A DNA stretch of 64,000 nucleotides from Macrostomum lignano (Eukaryota): NCBI GenBank assembly GCA_002269645.1, contig NIVC01000309.1, positions 310,001-374,000 on the forward strand, written 5' to 3'. The notes under the pieces are model-generated. The model was given only the letters and a program-made list of their open reading frames with translations. It had not been told where the DNA came from and searched no databases. Within the stretch, counting starts at the first letter, position 1. Every line of letters starts with the position of its first letter. A program made the translations under genes and the position numbers. Below are positions 57,986 to 64,000 of the stretch, one piece after another.

Positions 57986-58394
57986 CTCCATGCCATTCGC
58001 CATCCAGGCAAGCAAAGCTGCCTTCAGGATAATCAAGAGCCGGGGCCCCGACAGAGGTTATGGCAGGTCAAGGGCGGAGTCCCAGCTCAGACCCTCGGCA
58101 GTGGCAGCTGTCACCCAACGCGCCCTTCCTGAAGCAGTTGGCGCAGCTACACGTGTCAGGTGCAAAACTTAATGGCAGTTGGGGAGGACGAACGGTCGCA
58201 AACCAGCTGCTCATTTTATGCAAGCATTTGAGCAGCTAGCGGCAACAGCTGTTGCTAGGCCTGTGTGCTTCTGTCAGAGAAGCGAGTTGCCAGATAGCTC
58301 GTGGGACGTATAGCTTGGAACTATTCGGGCCATGGAGCACTGGAAATATGCAATCCAGGTTGCTGAGCACTGACTCACTCCTTAATTTCTAATC

Positions 58395-58750
58395 TCTCCC
58401 CTGCCACTCTCTCTTCTCTCCCCTGCCACTCTCTCTTCTCTCCCCTGCCACTCTCTCTTCTCTCCCCTGCCACTCTCTCTTCTCTCCCCTGCCACTCTCT
58501 CTTCTCTCCCCTGCCACTCTCTCTTCTCTCCCCTGCCACTCTCTCTTCTCTCCCCTGCCACTCTCTTCTCTCCCCTGCCACTCTCTCTTCTCTCCCCTGC
58601 CACTCTCTCTTCTCTCCCCTGCCACTCTCTCTTCTCTCCCCTGCCACTCTCTCTTCTCTCCCCTGCCACTCTCTCTTCTCTCCCCAGCCGCTCTAACCTA
58701 TCTATTTTATCCTTTGTCACTTTCTTCTCTCTCTTCTCTCCCGTGTCACT
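58395..58750. repeat. 22-bp minisatellite (CTCTCCCCTGCCACTCTCTCTT)n
   Basis: Tandem periodicity. Confidence 0.95.
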
Positions 58751-59096
58751 CTCTCTCTATCGCTCAATTAAAACTGCCCAGAAACCGCTCTAGTTAATTT
58801 CCACTCCACATGGTTAATCCAAGAGCTCCATGGTTCGAGTCAAAAAGTGCAGCTGCGTTTTATTCAATCCCTGAGCCGCATTTTTCACTTGTTGAATGCC
58901 GGCCAATCAGGACGCAGGAGAGAACGGAGAGAGCAGGGCAAAAACAGTCAAATTAAGAACTGACGAACCCACTTGGTTAGTTGCAACTCCTGGACTGTCT
59001 TCACTCCTCTTTCAGCAGAAGCTGAAAAATACATTCATTCATTTAAGTCATCTAAGCTGCTGGCGTTTACAGGCTGACTGGCTTGTTCTGCTAGAC

Positions 59097-63391
<4,295 letters not shown>

Positions 63392-63434
63392 GTGAGTAGC
63401 TGGGCAGGCTGACCGGTCACCGCCAGTCTCTTAA

Positions 63435-64000
63435 TCTCCCCACCCCCTCCGCCTGTCTCCCCACCCCCTCTGCCTGTCTCCCCACCCCCTCTGCCTGTCT
63501 CCCCACCTCCTCTGCCTGTCTCCCCACCCTCTCTGCCTGTCTCCCCACCCCCTCTGCCTGTCTCCCCACCCTCTCTGCCTGTCTCCCCACCCCCTCTGCC
63601 TGTCTCCCCACCCCTATGCCTGTCTCCTCACCCCCTCTGCCTGTCTCCCCACCCTCTCTGCCTGTCTCCCCACCCCCTCTGCCTGTCTCCCCACCCCTAT
63701 GCCTGTCTCCTCACCCCCTCTGCCTGTCTCCCCACCCCCTCTGCCTGTCTCCCCACCCCTATGCCTGTCTCCTCACCCCCTCCGCCTGTCTCCCCACCCC
63801 CTCTGCCTGTCTCCCCACCCTCTCTGCCTGTCTCCCCACCCCCTCTGCCTGTCTCCTCATCCCCTCTGCCTGTCTCCCCACCCCCTCTGCCTGTCTCCCC
63901 ACCCTCTCTGCCTGTCTCCCCACCCCCTCTGCCTGTCTCCCCACCCTCTCTGCCTGTCTCCTCACCCCATCTGCCTGTCTCCCCACCCTCTCTGCCTGTC
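63435..64000. repeat. 21-bp C-rich minisatellite (CCCCCTCTGCCTGTCTCCCCA)n, running off the window end
   Basis: Tandem periodicity; accounts for the RQAEGVG ORFs. Confidence 0.96.

Overview
Eukaryotic (metazoan) genomic DNA, not prokaryotic. It has spliceosomal GT-AG genes, GC3-rich exons, polyQ/polyA tracts and about 40 tandem-repeat arrays; this style suggests a free-living flatworm such as Macrostomum, but that is an unverified inference. Most long ORFs in the supplied track are translations of minisatellites. I reconstructed the following by hand, with splice phases consistent throughout except at the exon 3/4 junction of item 6: (1) an intronless 132-aa four-EF-hand Ca-binding gene (-); (2) an apparently intact 2280-bp IS630-Tc1-mariner transposon with TA target duplication, 327-bp IR/DR-type TIRs and a DD32E triad; (3) a 6-exon gene for a ~1665-aa type-I membrane protein (EGF, WSC-like repeats, TSP1, TM); (4) a 5-exon gene for a ~729-aa divergent PR/SET plus 6 C2H2 zinc-finger factor; (5) an 11-exon gene for a ~1054-aa type-I membrane protein (4 divergent discoidin-like modules, SEA, TM); (6) the 5' part of an MTG8/ETO/nervy co-repressor gene. 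Every reconstructed intron longer than ~240 bp carries its own tandem array, and the three introns of 110 bp or less carry none.
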